Of a DNA stretch of 33,465 nucleotides, positions 1 through 8,565 are shown in pieces (the first letter of the stretch is position 1; each line of letters starts with the position of its first letter). Source of the stretch: a virus (lineage: Duplodnaviria > Caudoviricetes); IMG/VR virus record IMGVR_UViG_3300005263_000075, positions 1-33,465 of that record; one strand, written 5' to 3'. Under the pieces are notes generated by a model. The model saw only the letters and a list, made by a program, of their open reading frames with translations, had not been told where the DNA came from and made no database searches. The translations under genes were made by a program, and so were the position numbers.

Positions 1-783
1 TCATTCTTTCACCAGTAAATTGTAAGTTACACCATTTATTGTTACCGGCACAGCATTTAATCCGGTATTTGTAGAACCTCCAGGGGATGAGCTTACATAA
101 TAATCAGAATGATTCTTCTCTCCATAACCAGTTGATAAATACATTGTAGTACCACTAACTTTATAACCGGTCGCATTAACAAATCCGCCAACAGTTAATG
201 ATACAGCATCCCAGGTGAGGAAAGTAACCCCATTAAAAGATATTTTCGCATTGTCAGTAGCAATGATATTCAGGTATGAGTCTCCCTGAGCATCATCACC
301 GAATGATGTTGTTACACCTGTGAATGTTTTGGCACCGGTTATATATTCTGTACCAGACAGATGAACATAGTTAGCGGCTGCCGTAGTAATCGCACCATCA
401 ACGTAACTTTTATTTGTGAGTGATGCTGTATTATCCGGATTATAAACGCACCTCGGAGCTTCGTTCATAAAGAACGTTCGATTCCAAACCTTATTGGCTG
501 AGTCTGTACTTAGTGATGAACCCGGTGTGCCAATTTCTATTTTATTTGTAAATCTTTTTTGTCCCGGTAAGATTTCAAATCCTGTTGGATGTATTACACC
601 CGTCTTCAGAATATAATCTATATCCTTCAGATTTTGATTTATACTATCCGCACCAGGCCTGTCACCTTCATCCCACATACGAAGTTTATAGTACGTGGTG
701 TATCCGCTTGGCGGATCATACTGAGCTGATGCGATGGTTGACATAAGCATCAGGGTTATTAATATTAAGATTAATTTTTTCAT
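1..783 (-). CDS. Tail-fibre-like protein with an N-terminal Sec signal peptide
   Basis: Directly after the tape measure gene. MKKLILILITLMLMSTIASA|Q signal; TTYYKLRMW-x11-NQNLKDID fibre-anchor-like motif; LTNKSYVD and YVHLSGTEYITGAKTF fibre-shaft-like motifs; G/S/T-rich. Confidence 0.65.
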   Translation of the reverse strand: MKKLILILITLMLMSTIASAQYDPPSGYTTYYKLRMWDEGDRPGADSINQNLKDIDYILKTGVIHPTGFEILPGQKRFTNKIEIGTPGSSLSTDSANKVWNRTFFMNEAPRCVYNPDNTASLTNKSYVDGAITTAAANYVHLSGTEYITGAKTFTGVTTSFGDDAQGDSYLNIIATDNAKISFNGVTFLTWDAVSLTVGGFVNATGYKVSGTTMYLSTGYGEKNHSDYYVSSSPGGSTNTGLNAVPVTINGVTYNLLVKE

Positions 784-794
784 GTAATTATATT

Positions 795-3700
795 TTAAAT
801 TGTTCCGTCTAAAGTATCCTTGTTGATTCTTCTAAGTCCCTCTGATATTTTTGGTATCATCTCATCAACAATTTGATTCCATTCGCTGTCACTCAATCCT
901 GTAATCCTATTGGAGTTTACTTGTAAGCTTATACCGGGGTTTACTACTATAGATTTAGAACCCGATGGTGAGCCAAAAGATGCTGGGATGTCAAGTACTG
1001 GTACCTGAAGATTAAATCCTGCCGTGGCATTTGCAAAATATTTGCCGATGTCATTACCCTTATTCATAATATCAAGCCAATAACGATTTGCTGTAAAAGC
1101 AGTGCCTTTTTCACCAACAACATATTCTTTCTTATGAACTATTCCTGCTGGTTCCTTTGGGTCACCATCACCAGTGTATCCGCCACCATCAAAGAGAAAA
1201 CCGAAAATACTACTGATACCCGGTAAAAGAAAGTTTCCTATGGATTCAAAAAATTTAGATGCTGCAAGTTTTGTTAACTCCGCAGTAACATCCTTTATAA
1301 AGATTTGAAATATACTCCTTGCTTCACCAAATACACTGTTCCACATATTACTGAAACTGTTTTCTATTTGTGATATTGCATCGCTAAATCCATTTGTTAA
1401 TATACCTTTTAAAACCTTGTTAGATTCCGTTTCGATTTTTGCAACCTCTTTTATTCTTTCAAGGTCTTTCTGCTTCAGTAAATCGGAACGGGATACAGAT
1501 TCTGCATAAGTACTTACAATGCGTTCTTTTTCTTTTTGGTATTTCTTCTCAATATTGTCTTTTGCAATCGCATATTCATCGTTACTATTTTTTAAGGTGA
1601 TAGATTTTAATTCCTCATCGAGTGATTTCTGAGATTCAATCCGTGCCAAAGAGAGTTCTTTAGTCTTTTCATTTAGAAGTTTTTCAGACTGAAATTTCTT
1701 TTCATCTTCAGAGACCTTAGATTCTGTAACTTTTCGCTCCATTTCCTTGTATGCTAATTCAATATCAGCAGTCTCTTTATCAATTCCATGAAGTACTTTA
1801 GCCTGACGCTTTTCTAGAAATTTATCAACATCACTGATTAATGCATTACGGTCTTTTTCTGCTTTCTTTTGTTCATCGGAAAGTGATTTTTCAAGTTCAA
1901 GCTGTTTGGTTTTTAAGGATTCAATTTTCTCATTCGCTTTGCGTATATCATCAGCCTTAGTAAGAGTGGGAATTAAAATATCTAATTGTTCACGGTATTT
2001 TGTCAAAAGTTCATTCATTTGAGCTACACTGGCATCCCCGCGTTTCAATTGCTCATCCATAATCTTCACCTGAGAATCATATTCGGCGGTTAACTCTTTT
2101 AGTGCATCAAGCTCTTCTTTATCTTTACCGCTGCCTTTTTTCTTTTTTTGACCGCCGCCAGGAGGTTGAGTGTTATTTTCGTTCGTTGCAGTTTCCGCAC
2201 CGGTTAGTGCTTGTCTGACAGGGTCTTCGAATTTACCCCCCTTAGAATCTTTATCTTGATTTCTGAAGGCATTACCTATACGGTTTATGTCACCTTCAAT
2301 CTGATCCATGTGGGCTCTCCAACGAGAAGGATTAAATATTATATCATCAATACTTATATCAGATAAAGTATTTAAAGCTTTAGCAACCGCTATAACAGCG
2401 TTAGCAACATTAGATGCCCAACCAATAAGAGTTTTAAATACATCTATCACGGCATTAGCGTACCAAATAACACCTGCAAACCCTACTCCACCTAAAACTT
2501 TCAGAGCTTCTAATATCTGTGGATTCTGAATTATAAGATCAGTTATTATTTTATTAATTTTAAGAAAAGCTTCAATTGCTGTATTGACAATAACTTTTAA
2601 TAATTCAAATCCATTTTTCGCAAGATCTTTTAAAACGTCGAGCAATACTGAACCGCCATCACCGCTACCCTTAAACATATCAATAACACCACTCATATTT
2701 GTCTTTAGTTCATCCCATGCACCACTAAATTCATCAACTACAAATGACCATAAATCTTTCAAACCTTCCCATAAAGTGGATATTGTTTGTTTAAGATTAT
2801 TAATTGCATCTTCACCGCCAGCCATCGAAGTAACCCATGCTCTAATTGAATCTATATTTTCTGAAATATAAATTGCAATTCCACCGATTGCTGCAATAAC
2901 CGCCCCAATGATTATAGGAAGTCCACCAAGTTCAATGTTTAACGCAGAAAGAATTGGAATAAGCGCAACAGCGGCAATAGCCAGCGCACCTATTAAACCA
3001 ATTGTTGTTTGAATAGCTGGGGATAATGTTCCAAACCATTCGGCTAACCCCTGAACCGCTTTACATATTTCAAGAATTACAGGTGCAAATGCTTTTCCGA
3101 GATATTCTTTAATGTCACCAAATGCATTCTTAGTAATTTCAATTTGCCCTGCAAGGGTTTTTCCAAATGCTTCAGCTGTAATGGATGAGTTATTTGCAAG
3201 CAATGTTTCCATTGCTGCAAATCTTTCAGCTGCAGTATAAGTTTTCCACATAGATTTTGTGGTTTCATCCATTACGATGCCAACTCGTTGTAATGCACCG
3301 GACATTTCAGTTGCACCGGATTTGCCAATCATTATTGCCAGATTCTGAAGATTCATTCCTGTATCACCTGCCCGTGAAAATGCAGATGCAAGATTAAGCA
3401 TCGATGGTGTAAGTCTCTCTATTAATGCACCGCTGATTCCATCGAACGTGGTCATCATTGCCTGCATATTAGTAATATCCTGATCATCGAACGGAGTGAT
3501 TTTATGTAAATCTTCAGCTTGCTTTATTAATGTATTATAAAAATCACCTGCACCGATTCTTTCGAGACCCGCCTGCAATTTATTTTGTACAAGTTCTGCG
3601 TCGGCGTATTCTTTCCCCAGGTCCATTACATATGACTTCAACTCACCAAAAGCAGCTTTTACTTGATTGATTACACCAGTAATAATTTCAAATTTTGCAA

Positions 3701-3932
3701 AGGAATTGAGAGAATTGTTAACGGAATCTTTTACGTTATCAGCGAGCGATGGTAAACTCTTTAAATCATTTTTAAGAGGCTCGAAGTTTATATTATCAAC
3801 ATTTATATTCAAACCTTGTTTCATTTCCGACAAAGTCTGTTTGACCAGAGATAACGCAGCCTTTAAGTCACCTTGAAACTTTTCAAGGTCAACTCTAAAC
3901 TCAAGATTCGCACTTCCTAAATTCTCGGGCAT
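795..3932 (-). CDS. Tail tape measure protein
   Basis: 1045 aa, helical/coiled-coil with a central hydrophobic stretch; C-terminal FDGGGYTGDG..EPAGIVHKKEYVV motif typical of siphovirus TMPs; follows the chaperone genes. Confidence 0.93.
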   Translation of the reverse strand: MPENLGSANLEFRVDLEKFQGDLKAALSLVKQTLSEMKQGLNINVDNINFEPLKNDLKSLPSLADNVKDSVNNSLNSFAKFEIITGVINQVKAAFGELKSYVMDLGKEYADAELVQNKLQAGLERIGAGDFYNTLIKQAEDLHKITPFDDQDITNMQAMMTTFDGISGALIERLTPSMLNLASAFSRAGDTGMNLQNLAIMIGKSGATEMSGALQRVGIVMDETTKSMWKTYTAAERFAAMETLLANNSSITAEAFGKTLAGQIEITKNAFGDIKEYLGKAFAPVILEICKAVQGLAEWFGTLSPAIQTTIGLIGALAIAAVALIPILSALNIELGGLPIIIGAVIAAIGGIAIYISENIDSIRAWVTSMAGGEDAINNLKQTISTLWEGLKDLWSFVVDEFSGAWDELKTNMSGVIDMFKGSGDGGSVLLDVLKDLAKNGFELLKVIVNTAIEAFLKINKIITDLIIQNPQILEALKVLGGVGFAGVIWYANAVIDVFKTLIGWASNVANAVIAVAKALNTLSDISIDDIIFNPSRWRAHMDQIEGDINRIGNAFRNQDKDSKGGKFEDPVRQALTGAETATNENNTQPPGGGQKKKKGSGKDKEELDALKELTAEYDSQVKIMDEQLKRGDASVAQMNELLTKYREQLDILIPTLTKADDIRKANEKIESLKTKQLELEKSLSDEQKKAEKDRNALISDVDKFLEKRQAKVLHGIDKETADIELAYKEMERKVTESKVSEDEKKFQSEKLLNEKTKELSLARIESQKSLDEELKSITLKNSNDEYAIAKDNIEKKYQKEKERIVSTYAESVSRSDLLKQKDLERIKEVAKIETESNKVLKGILTNGFSDAISQIENSFSNMWNSVFGEARSIFQIFIKDVTAELTKLAASKFFESIGNFLLPGISSIFGFLFDGGGYTGDGDPKEPAGIVHKKEYVVGEKGTAFTANRYWLDIMNKGNDIGKYFANATAGFNLQVPVLDIPASFGSPSGSKSIVVNPGISLQVNSNRITGLSDSEWNQIVDEMIPKISEGLRRINKDTLDGTI

Positions 3933-3933
3933 A

Positions 3934-4293
3934 TTATTTTACTTTAAATCCTAATCTGCCGAGACCTGCCAACATCTTTTCTTCAGCTTTAATTTTTTCT
4001 TCCATAGTTAATTTTTTGTTGATGGTTGGTGTGGATATTTTATTATTAAAGGCTTCTAAGAGCTTTGTATTCTTTCCCGTGAAACAACCAGCTATCCAGT
4101 CCATATTTGCATAATGCATTCTGTACATTTCTATTTTATCTTCAAGAGATTTCTCGATTTTATTTTTAAGCATCCACAAACCGAACACATATTCGACCTG
4201 CCAAATCTCGTTGAATTTGGCAGGATCGTTATCTGCGAGTTTAGCGCATATCTCTTTGTATGATAATCTTTGCGAGTCATCACCTGTTATTTC
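3934..4293 (-). CDS. Tail assembly chaperone C-terminal extension (lambda gpT analogue), reached by -1 frameshift
   Basis: Open -1 frame relative to 4287..4658 (ORF track 3934..4398), entered at an A AAA AAG heptamer; abuts the TMP start. Confidence 0.8.
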   Translation of the reverse strand, partial: EITGDDSQRLSYKEICAKLADNDPAKFNEIWQVEYVFGLWMLKNKIEKSLEDKIEMYRMHYANMDWIAGCFTGKNTKLLEAFNNKISTPTINKKLTMEEKIKAEEKMLAGLGRLGFKVK

Positions 4294-4658
4294 TTTTTTT
4301 CCGGGATGCTGGCCTGGTTTGTGGCCGAACCACTTTTCATAGCCTCTTGCAAGGCTATCGAGAAAAAACGTATCAACTCCACAAAATCTTCGTGACACAT
4401 TTCACTTTTAAAGAATTTTCTGTACTGGTCGGTGCCACTTAAAGGGGCGAAGGTTTTGTCGGGGATTTCACAACCGTCGAGCATAAGTGTTGCAATCTCA
4501 GGTAACTTAACTCTGCTGACGAATAGCTCCGAGATTTTCTCATTGTCTATGACTCCCTGAGTAAGAGGGAAGCCTGCAACTTCATCGATTTTATCGAGTG
4601 TTTTAAAAGGGTACTTTGTACCTTTAAATTTTCTGCTGCCAATTTGGATTTCTGCCAT
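4287..4658 (-). CDS. Tail assembly chaperone (lambda gpG analogue)
   Basis: 123 aa ORF upstream of the TMP, ending CCG GAA AAA AAG AAA TAA. Confidence 0.8.
   Translation of the reverse strand: MAEIQIGSRKFKGTKYPFKTLDKIDEVAGFPLTQGVIDNEKISELFVSRVKLPEIATLMLDGCEIPDKTFAPLSGTDQYRKFFKSEMCHEDFVELIRFFSIALQEAMKSGSATNQASIPEKKK
4293..4299 (-). other. Programmed -1 ribosomal frameshift slippery site A AAA AAG
   Basis: In-frame X XXY YYZ heptamer one codon before the stop; the -1 frame reads on as KEITGDDSQRL to 3934. Confidence 0.85.
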
Positions 4659-4667
4659 GATGTAATA

Positions 4668-5327
4668 TTATTTAAAATTAAAAGAAAGTTCTGTTTCAAG
4701 TTTCCAACTTGCGTTGTTATAATCGTAGTATGCACCTCCGTCTACCCCTATCTTGTCAAATAAAGTAATACCGGTTTTAAGTCCTGCATAGTAATTGCGT
4801 TCATCGATGAACGGACCCGATGCATCCCTGAGGAATTTCGGATTTACAGTGAAGCTTCCTCTGATCACCGCATCAATACCTTTCCAGGTCACACGTTTTG
4901 AATCGATTCTGATTGCTCCGCTGTCTGCGTAGGCAATAAATTCAGAGCCGACGTTTGGGAAGATATATTTCTTTAAAAGCGAGTCATGTTCATTCCATCC
5001 GAATGCAATAATGTCTTTACGGTTCTTTTCTAAAGTAAGAATCATGTCCCTATATTGAATAGAGTTCTGAAAAACTGTATCACGGATTATCTGTGCTTCA
5101 GGTACAAGAGGAGTGACATCTCTGAATACAGTTTTATAAATAATATTGTTCCTGTATTTAATACGGTCTTTGTATTCAACTTTAAGAACTGTGTCCGTAC
5201 GTTGTATGTATTGTATTGATGGTCTTGGTGTGTTATCTGCCTTATCAGCCAGCCAAAGTGAAAATAGGAAATAACCTATTATGGCAAGTACTACAAAAGC
5301 TAAAATGTATATAATTGTTTTAGTCAT
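4668..5327 (-). CDS. Membrane-anchored lysis accessory protein, spanin candidate (probable start 5327, MTKTIIY)
   Basis: Directly after the endolysin; single N-terminal TM helix, extended DTV-containing region, amphipathic beta-strand C-terminus ending LSFNFK. Confidence 0.5.
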   Translation of the reverse strand: MTKTIIYILAFVVLAIIGYFLFSLWLADKADNTPRPSIQYIQRTDTVLKVEYKDRIKYRNNIIYKTVFRDVTPLVPEAQIIRDTVFQNSIQYRDMILTLEKNRKDIIAFGWNEHDSLLKKYIFPNVGSEFIAYADSGAIRIDSKRVTWKGIDAVIRGSFTVNPKFLRDASGPFIDERNYYAGLKTGITLFDKIGVDGGAYYDYNNASWKLETELSFNFK

Positions 5328-5334
5328 AAGTTTA

Positions 5335-5916
5335 TTAATTTTGATTATTAAATAATTTCCAGTAAGTATATCTGAATTCAAAAACGCTTTTTGAATAATC
5401 ACCACCAAAAGTATATTTATCTACATCATATCCATTATTGAGTGCCCTTAAAACATTTCCCTGACCACAATTGTATGATGCAACAATAGCCTGCAGAAAA
5501 ATATCATTACCGAGTTTTGCGGCATTGTATCCGTTGCGCTCAAGGAATAAACGTTTTTCTTCAAGCACCAATATTGATTTTTCGAAATATGAGATATAAT
5601 CTGAAAGCGGTGTATCTTCAATAAATTTCGGATAAGAATTAATATCGATTTGAATAAAACCAAAACCGTGATAACGCTTAGAACTTTCACCCGGGCGACG
5701 GCTATAATCACCTTTCATAAGACTGCAGATTGTTTCAAAGTCTTTACCCTGATTTGCGTAACGCAGTATCAGAAAACCAGTTTCCCGGCAGGTAATACCC
5801 GCGAGTAAAGCTTCTGTGTATAGTGAATCACTATATTTATTGTCAGTAAGCTCACGGATTGCGGACCCGAGGTTTTCGTGAATCCAGTTTAATATGTCAG
5901 TATTAGTTTTAATCAT
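5335..5916 (-). CDS. Endolysin, GH23 goose-type lysozyme / lytic transglycosylase fold
   Basis: AGITCRETG (catalytic Glu), HGFGFIQID, ASYNCGQGNV and DKYTFGGDYS match g-type lysozyme motifs. Confidence 0.9.
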   Translation of the reverse strand: MIKTNTDILNWIHENLGSAIRELTDNKYSDSLYTEALLAGITCRETGFLILRYANQGKDFETICSLMKGDYSRRPGESSKRYHGFGFIQIDINSYPKFIEDTPLSDYISYFEKSILVLEEKRLFLERNGYNAAKLGNDIFLQAIVASYNCGQGNVLRALNNGYDVDKYTFGGDYSKSVFEFRYTYWKLFNNQN

Positions 5917-5926
5917 TTTCTTTTTA

Positions 5927-5953
5927 AAGAGCCGCCGGTACAGGACGGCTCTT
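5927..5953 (-). terminator. Hairpin between holin and endolysin (weak terminator or mRNA stability element)
   Basis: AAGAGCCG (5927-5934) / CGGCTCTT (5946-5953) inverted repeat; only a short T run follows on the minus strand. Confidence 0.4.
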
Positions 5954-5974
5954 AATAATTAAATTTGTTATCGA

Positions 5975-6304
5975 TTATTTGGAATGATCTGTCAGATAAT
6001 ACCCGAATAGAAATATTCCTATTGCCTGTGCAGCCGCAACTATAAACGGAGGTATTATTATCTGCCAGAATGCATTAAGCACATATGTTGCTATTGTGAT
6101 AACCGTAGTTATTACTGCCATCACATTTGGCGGAGCTTCTTTAAAGCTGTTTGGGTCTGCAAACAACGTAATAATTGCAATCGCACCTGTAATCACAAAT
6201 GTTGTTACATCCGCTGGAATGGGTGTAACAAACGTATTGATTGCCCAAGCTACCATTGTAACTAAAGCTGTTATAAGACCTGCTAATGTCGTTCTAGGGT
6301 TCAT
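5975..6304 (-). CDS. Holin candidate, about four TM segments
   Basis: 109 aa, almost entirely hydrophobic, immediately upstream of the endolysin. Confidence 0.7.
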   Translation of the reverse strand: MNPRTTLAGLITALVTMVAWAINTFVTPIPADVTTFVITGAIAIITLFADPNSFKEAPPNVMAVITTVITIATYVLNAFWQIIIPPFIVAAAQAIGIFLFGYYLTDHSK

Positions 6305-6310
6305 TTTTTA

Positions 6311-6580
6311 TTAATTATTATTTAAAAGTTGTTTTGATTTGTCAGCTCTTGGATGCAGTGCCTCAAGATCTTGAAGTCGGGCATCCTGAGATGTTGTTTT
6401 GTTCTTTTCTGTCTGCATATCCTGCTGAACAGTTTTCATATCCACTCGTAGATCTTTAATTTCACCGTTTATGGAATACAAGATGAATGAGCCAAAGAAA
6501 CCTATAAGCGTAAAAAGAATACCGAAAACCATTATTGTTATCGTTAATGCACTTTTGTTATTCCCTGTTTGCTCTTCCAT
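6311..6580 (-). CDS. Single-TM plus coiled-coil membrane protein (holin/antiholin-like)
   Basis: One hydrophobic helix then heptads IKDLRVDMKTVQQDM; first gene of the lysis cassette. Confidence 0.5.
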   Translation of the reverse strand: MEEQTGNNKSALTITIMVFGILFTLIGFFGSFILYSINGEIKDLRVDMKTVQQDMQTEKNKTTSQDARLQDLEALHPRADKSKQLLNNN

Positions 6581-6628
6581 TTCTTATATTTATTTATTTT
6601 TTAGTTTTCTGCCTGAGTTTTAAAATCA

Positions 6629-6664
6629 GAGTGCAGGCAGTGGCAAGACGGTCTACCTGCACCC
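6629..6664 (-). terminator. Intergenic hairpin upstream of the lysis cassette
   Basis: Minus strand GGGTGCAGGTAG-N12-CTGCCTGCACTC followed by TGATTTT. Confidence 0.45.
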
Positions 6665-6676
6665 TATGTATCTCCA

Positions 6677-7192
6677 TTACATCGGAAATTTATAACTATA
6701 CCTTATTGGCTTTAGATATTTTTGGTCGTTAACAATTAACTGATTGTTCCAATTTACGAACCTATTGTTTTCGTTTGTGAAATGTTTTCCGGAGCCTTCT
6801 ACTTGTTTTTCAATTCGGTTAAGTTGTAGGTCACCTAATATCACCTGAGAAAAAACACTGTCTGATTCTGCATGCCTGAATATTTTGTAAGTTAGGCAGT
6901 TAAATCTCAATGTTTTTTCAGGCGGTACAATCACATAACTGTTTGCAAGTTTTGCACCATACCTATCAGAAAAATATACAATCAAATTCTTTGATGCAGA
7001 TTGATTGGTTATAATTCCTGTGCGGGTTGCGACACTCGTATACTTAACGGTGTCTTCTGCCGTTTTCACGTACTTAGCAGTTGTACTTGCCTGAATAGGC
7101 TGCTGTGCTTTTGCTTCATTCAGTAACGGCATAGAGAACATAACCAATACTAACAAAATCACTGACAGCCTGAATGCATTTCTGAGTTTCAT
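6677..7192 (-). CDS. Secreted (signal peptide) beta-rich protein, paralogue of the 8562..9404 N-terminal domain
   Basis: MKLRNAFRLSVILLVLVMFSMPLLNEAKA|QQ signal with AxA site; lies right after the major tail gene. Confidence 0.6.
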   Translation of the reverse strand: MKLRNAFRLSVILLVLVMFSMPLLNEAKAQQPIQASTTAKYVKTAEDTVKYTSVATRTGIITNQSASKNLIVYFSDRYGAKLANSYVIVPPEKTLRFNCLTYKIFRHAESDSVFSQVILGDLQLNRIEKQVEGSGKHFTNENNRFVNWNNQLIVNDQKYLKPIRYSYKFPM

Positions 7193-7285
7193 TCTATTTC
7201 CTTTCTTTTTTTCCCGGTGTAATCCCCATTATTCTTTGAGTGCACCCGGTTTGATTTATGTTTATAATTATGATAGTTAATTTTA

Positions 7286-7858
7286 TTAAGCACCCGGTTC
7301 CGGCACAGCTGGCGCAGCATAGCCATCAATCTCAAGAGTACCCAACGTCATCACATTATCAACTTCTTTTGGAAGTGCTACAAAGCTGAATGTAAATGCA
7401 TTTTCTTTATCCTTCACGAATTGAAGCTTTAAGCCACCTGATGATTGAATTTTAAGAAGCGTGATGGTTATGTATTTTGTCTCATCCATAGGACGCGGAA
7501 CTTTATAAATCAATTCAGCTTCCGGAGGAGCAACAAGGTTTGATTTAATTGTGTACGTTAGCTTATTGTTCTCAATATCCTCCACAACATCATTCGGGTC
7601 ACCACCGAGAGCAATAACAAGATTACGCATTGACATCTCGAGCAATACGATAGTTCCTTTTGTATCACGACCAATAATAACTTGTTTAACTGGATCAAGT
7701 GACTGATCAGCCAGGATGTTTAATAGTTTCGGTTGAGATTCGAGGTTAAAATCTCTCGACAAACCTACAAAAGTTGGATTTGCTTCTCCTTTGAATTTAA
7801 GAGATAAATTACCAGCTCCAATTTGTATATCATCCGGGTTAAAGATATTTTCTGCCAT
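7286..7858 (-). CDS. Major tail (tube) protein, siphovirus type
   Basis: IQIGAGNL..FVGLSRD..LLEMSMRNLVIALG..LQFVKDKE..FTFSFVAL pattern of tail tube proteins; AAGGAG RBS upstream; no sheath gene. Confidence 0.85.
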   Translation of the reverse strand: MAENIFNPDDIQIGAGNLSLKFKGEANPTFVGLSRDFNLESQPKLLNILADQSLDPVKQVIIGRDTKGTIVLLEMSMRNLVIALGGDPNDVVEDIENNKLTYTIKSNLVAPPEAELIYKVPRPMDETKYITITLLKIQSSGGLKLQFVKDKENAFTFSFVALPKEVDNVMTLGTLEIDGYAAPAVPEPGA

Positions 7859-7911
7859 TTGTTTAATTCTCCTTTACTTTTAAAAGTTTATTTTCAAAAT
7901 TGTTTTATGTT

Positions 7912-8565
7912 TTAGTGGTTAATCAGTATTTGTTTGCACTTATATTTCCGTTCGTTAAGCATATAAATTGCATTTGAGAAATCAATCTTACCGTAACCGT
8001 TAGTTGGCGAGAAGGGTTGTTTTGTACTTAATTTAGCATAATTAAACGCATCGGATAAACTGCATTTGGAGCTGTCTTTAATACGGGCAAGTTTGCCCGC
8101 TATATATCCGTTAGAGTAACTACTCGCCATTTGCCCCGTAGTATCTTTATCGTAGAAATGTATTGGATAACCTGTCTTATTAGCAGTATCTCCGGCGCCT
8201 GTTGCAACAATAATACTCAATGTATTACCTGTATTAATGTGTGAATTACTGCCCGACGGCATTATAAATAAAATATCTGGGTTATTAATAGCAAGTGACT
8301 GGATTGTAAAACCACCATAACCGGTTGTACTTCTTACTAAAAAGTTAAACCCGGTATTTCTTAATGAATCTATAAATCCTTGATTCAGATAAGAATTAGC
8401 AGAGCGAATCACAGTTATATTATTTAGATTCCCGCCGCAATCTATATAGCCTTGCTTTACACATTCCTCAACGATTGAATCATGCTCACCTCCGTAACCA
8501 CTCACCATAACTTTACTTTGTGCAAAGAGTAAACAGGGAAATAATATGATTAATAATATTCTCAA
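7912..8565 (-). CDS. Secreted miniature subtilisin-like (S8 fold) protein
   Basis: Signal MRILLIILFPCLLFA|Q; HDSIV (HGTxV-like), FIMPSGSN (VxAAGN-like), IVATGA, ASSYSNGYIAG (GTSMAxPxVAG-like) and GYGKIDFSNAI in subtilase order. Confidence 0.6.
   Translation of the reverse strand: MRILLIILFPCLLFAQSKVMVSGYGGEHDSIVEECVKQGYIDCGGNLNNITVIRSANSYLNQGFIDSLRNTGFNFLVRSTTGYGGFTIQSLAINNPDILFIMPSGSNSHINTGNTLSIIVATGAGDTANKTGYPIHFYDKDTTGQMASSYSNGYIAGKLARIKDSSKCSLSDAFNYAKLSTKQPFSPTNGYGKIDFSNAIYMLNERKYKCKQILINH

Noticed and set aside
2308-3876. Short ORFs antisense to or nested in the tape measure gene
   Set aside because: Shadow frames of a long coding gene with no recognisable motifs; the same applies to the other nested and antisense ORFs in the track
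4294-4398. ATG at 4398 as an independent start
   Set aside because: Lies inside the chaperone gene; the slippery site explains the downstream frame better
5328-5408. N-terminal extension of the spanin candidate
   Set aside because: Overlaps the endolysin; ATG 5327 follows its stop and precedes the TM helix
7213-7250. Imperfect CCGGTG..CACCCGG hairpin after the tail tube gene
   Set aside because: Irregular stem and followed by an A run, not a U tract, on the coding strand
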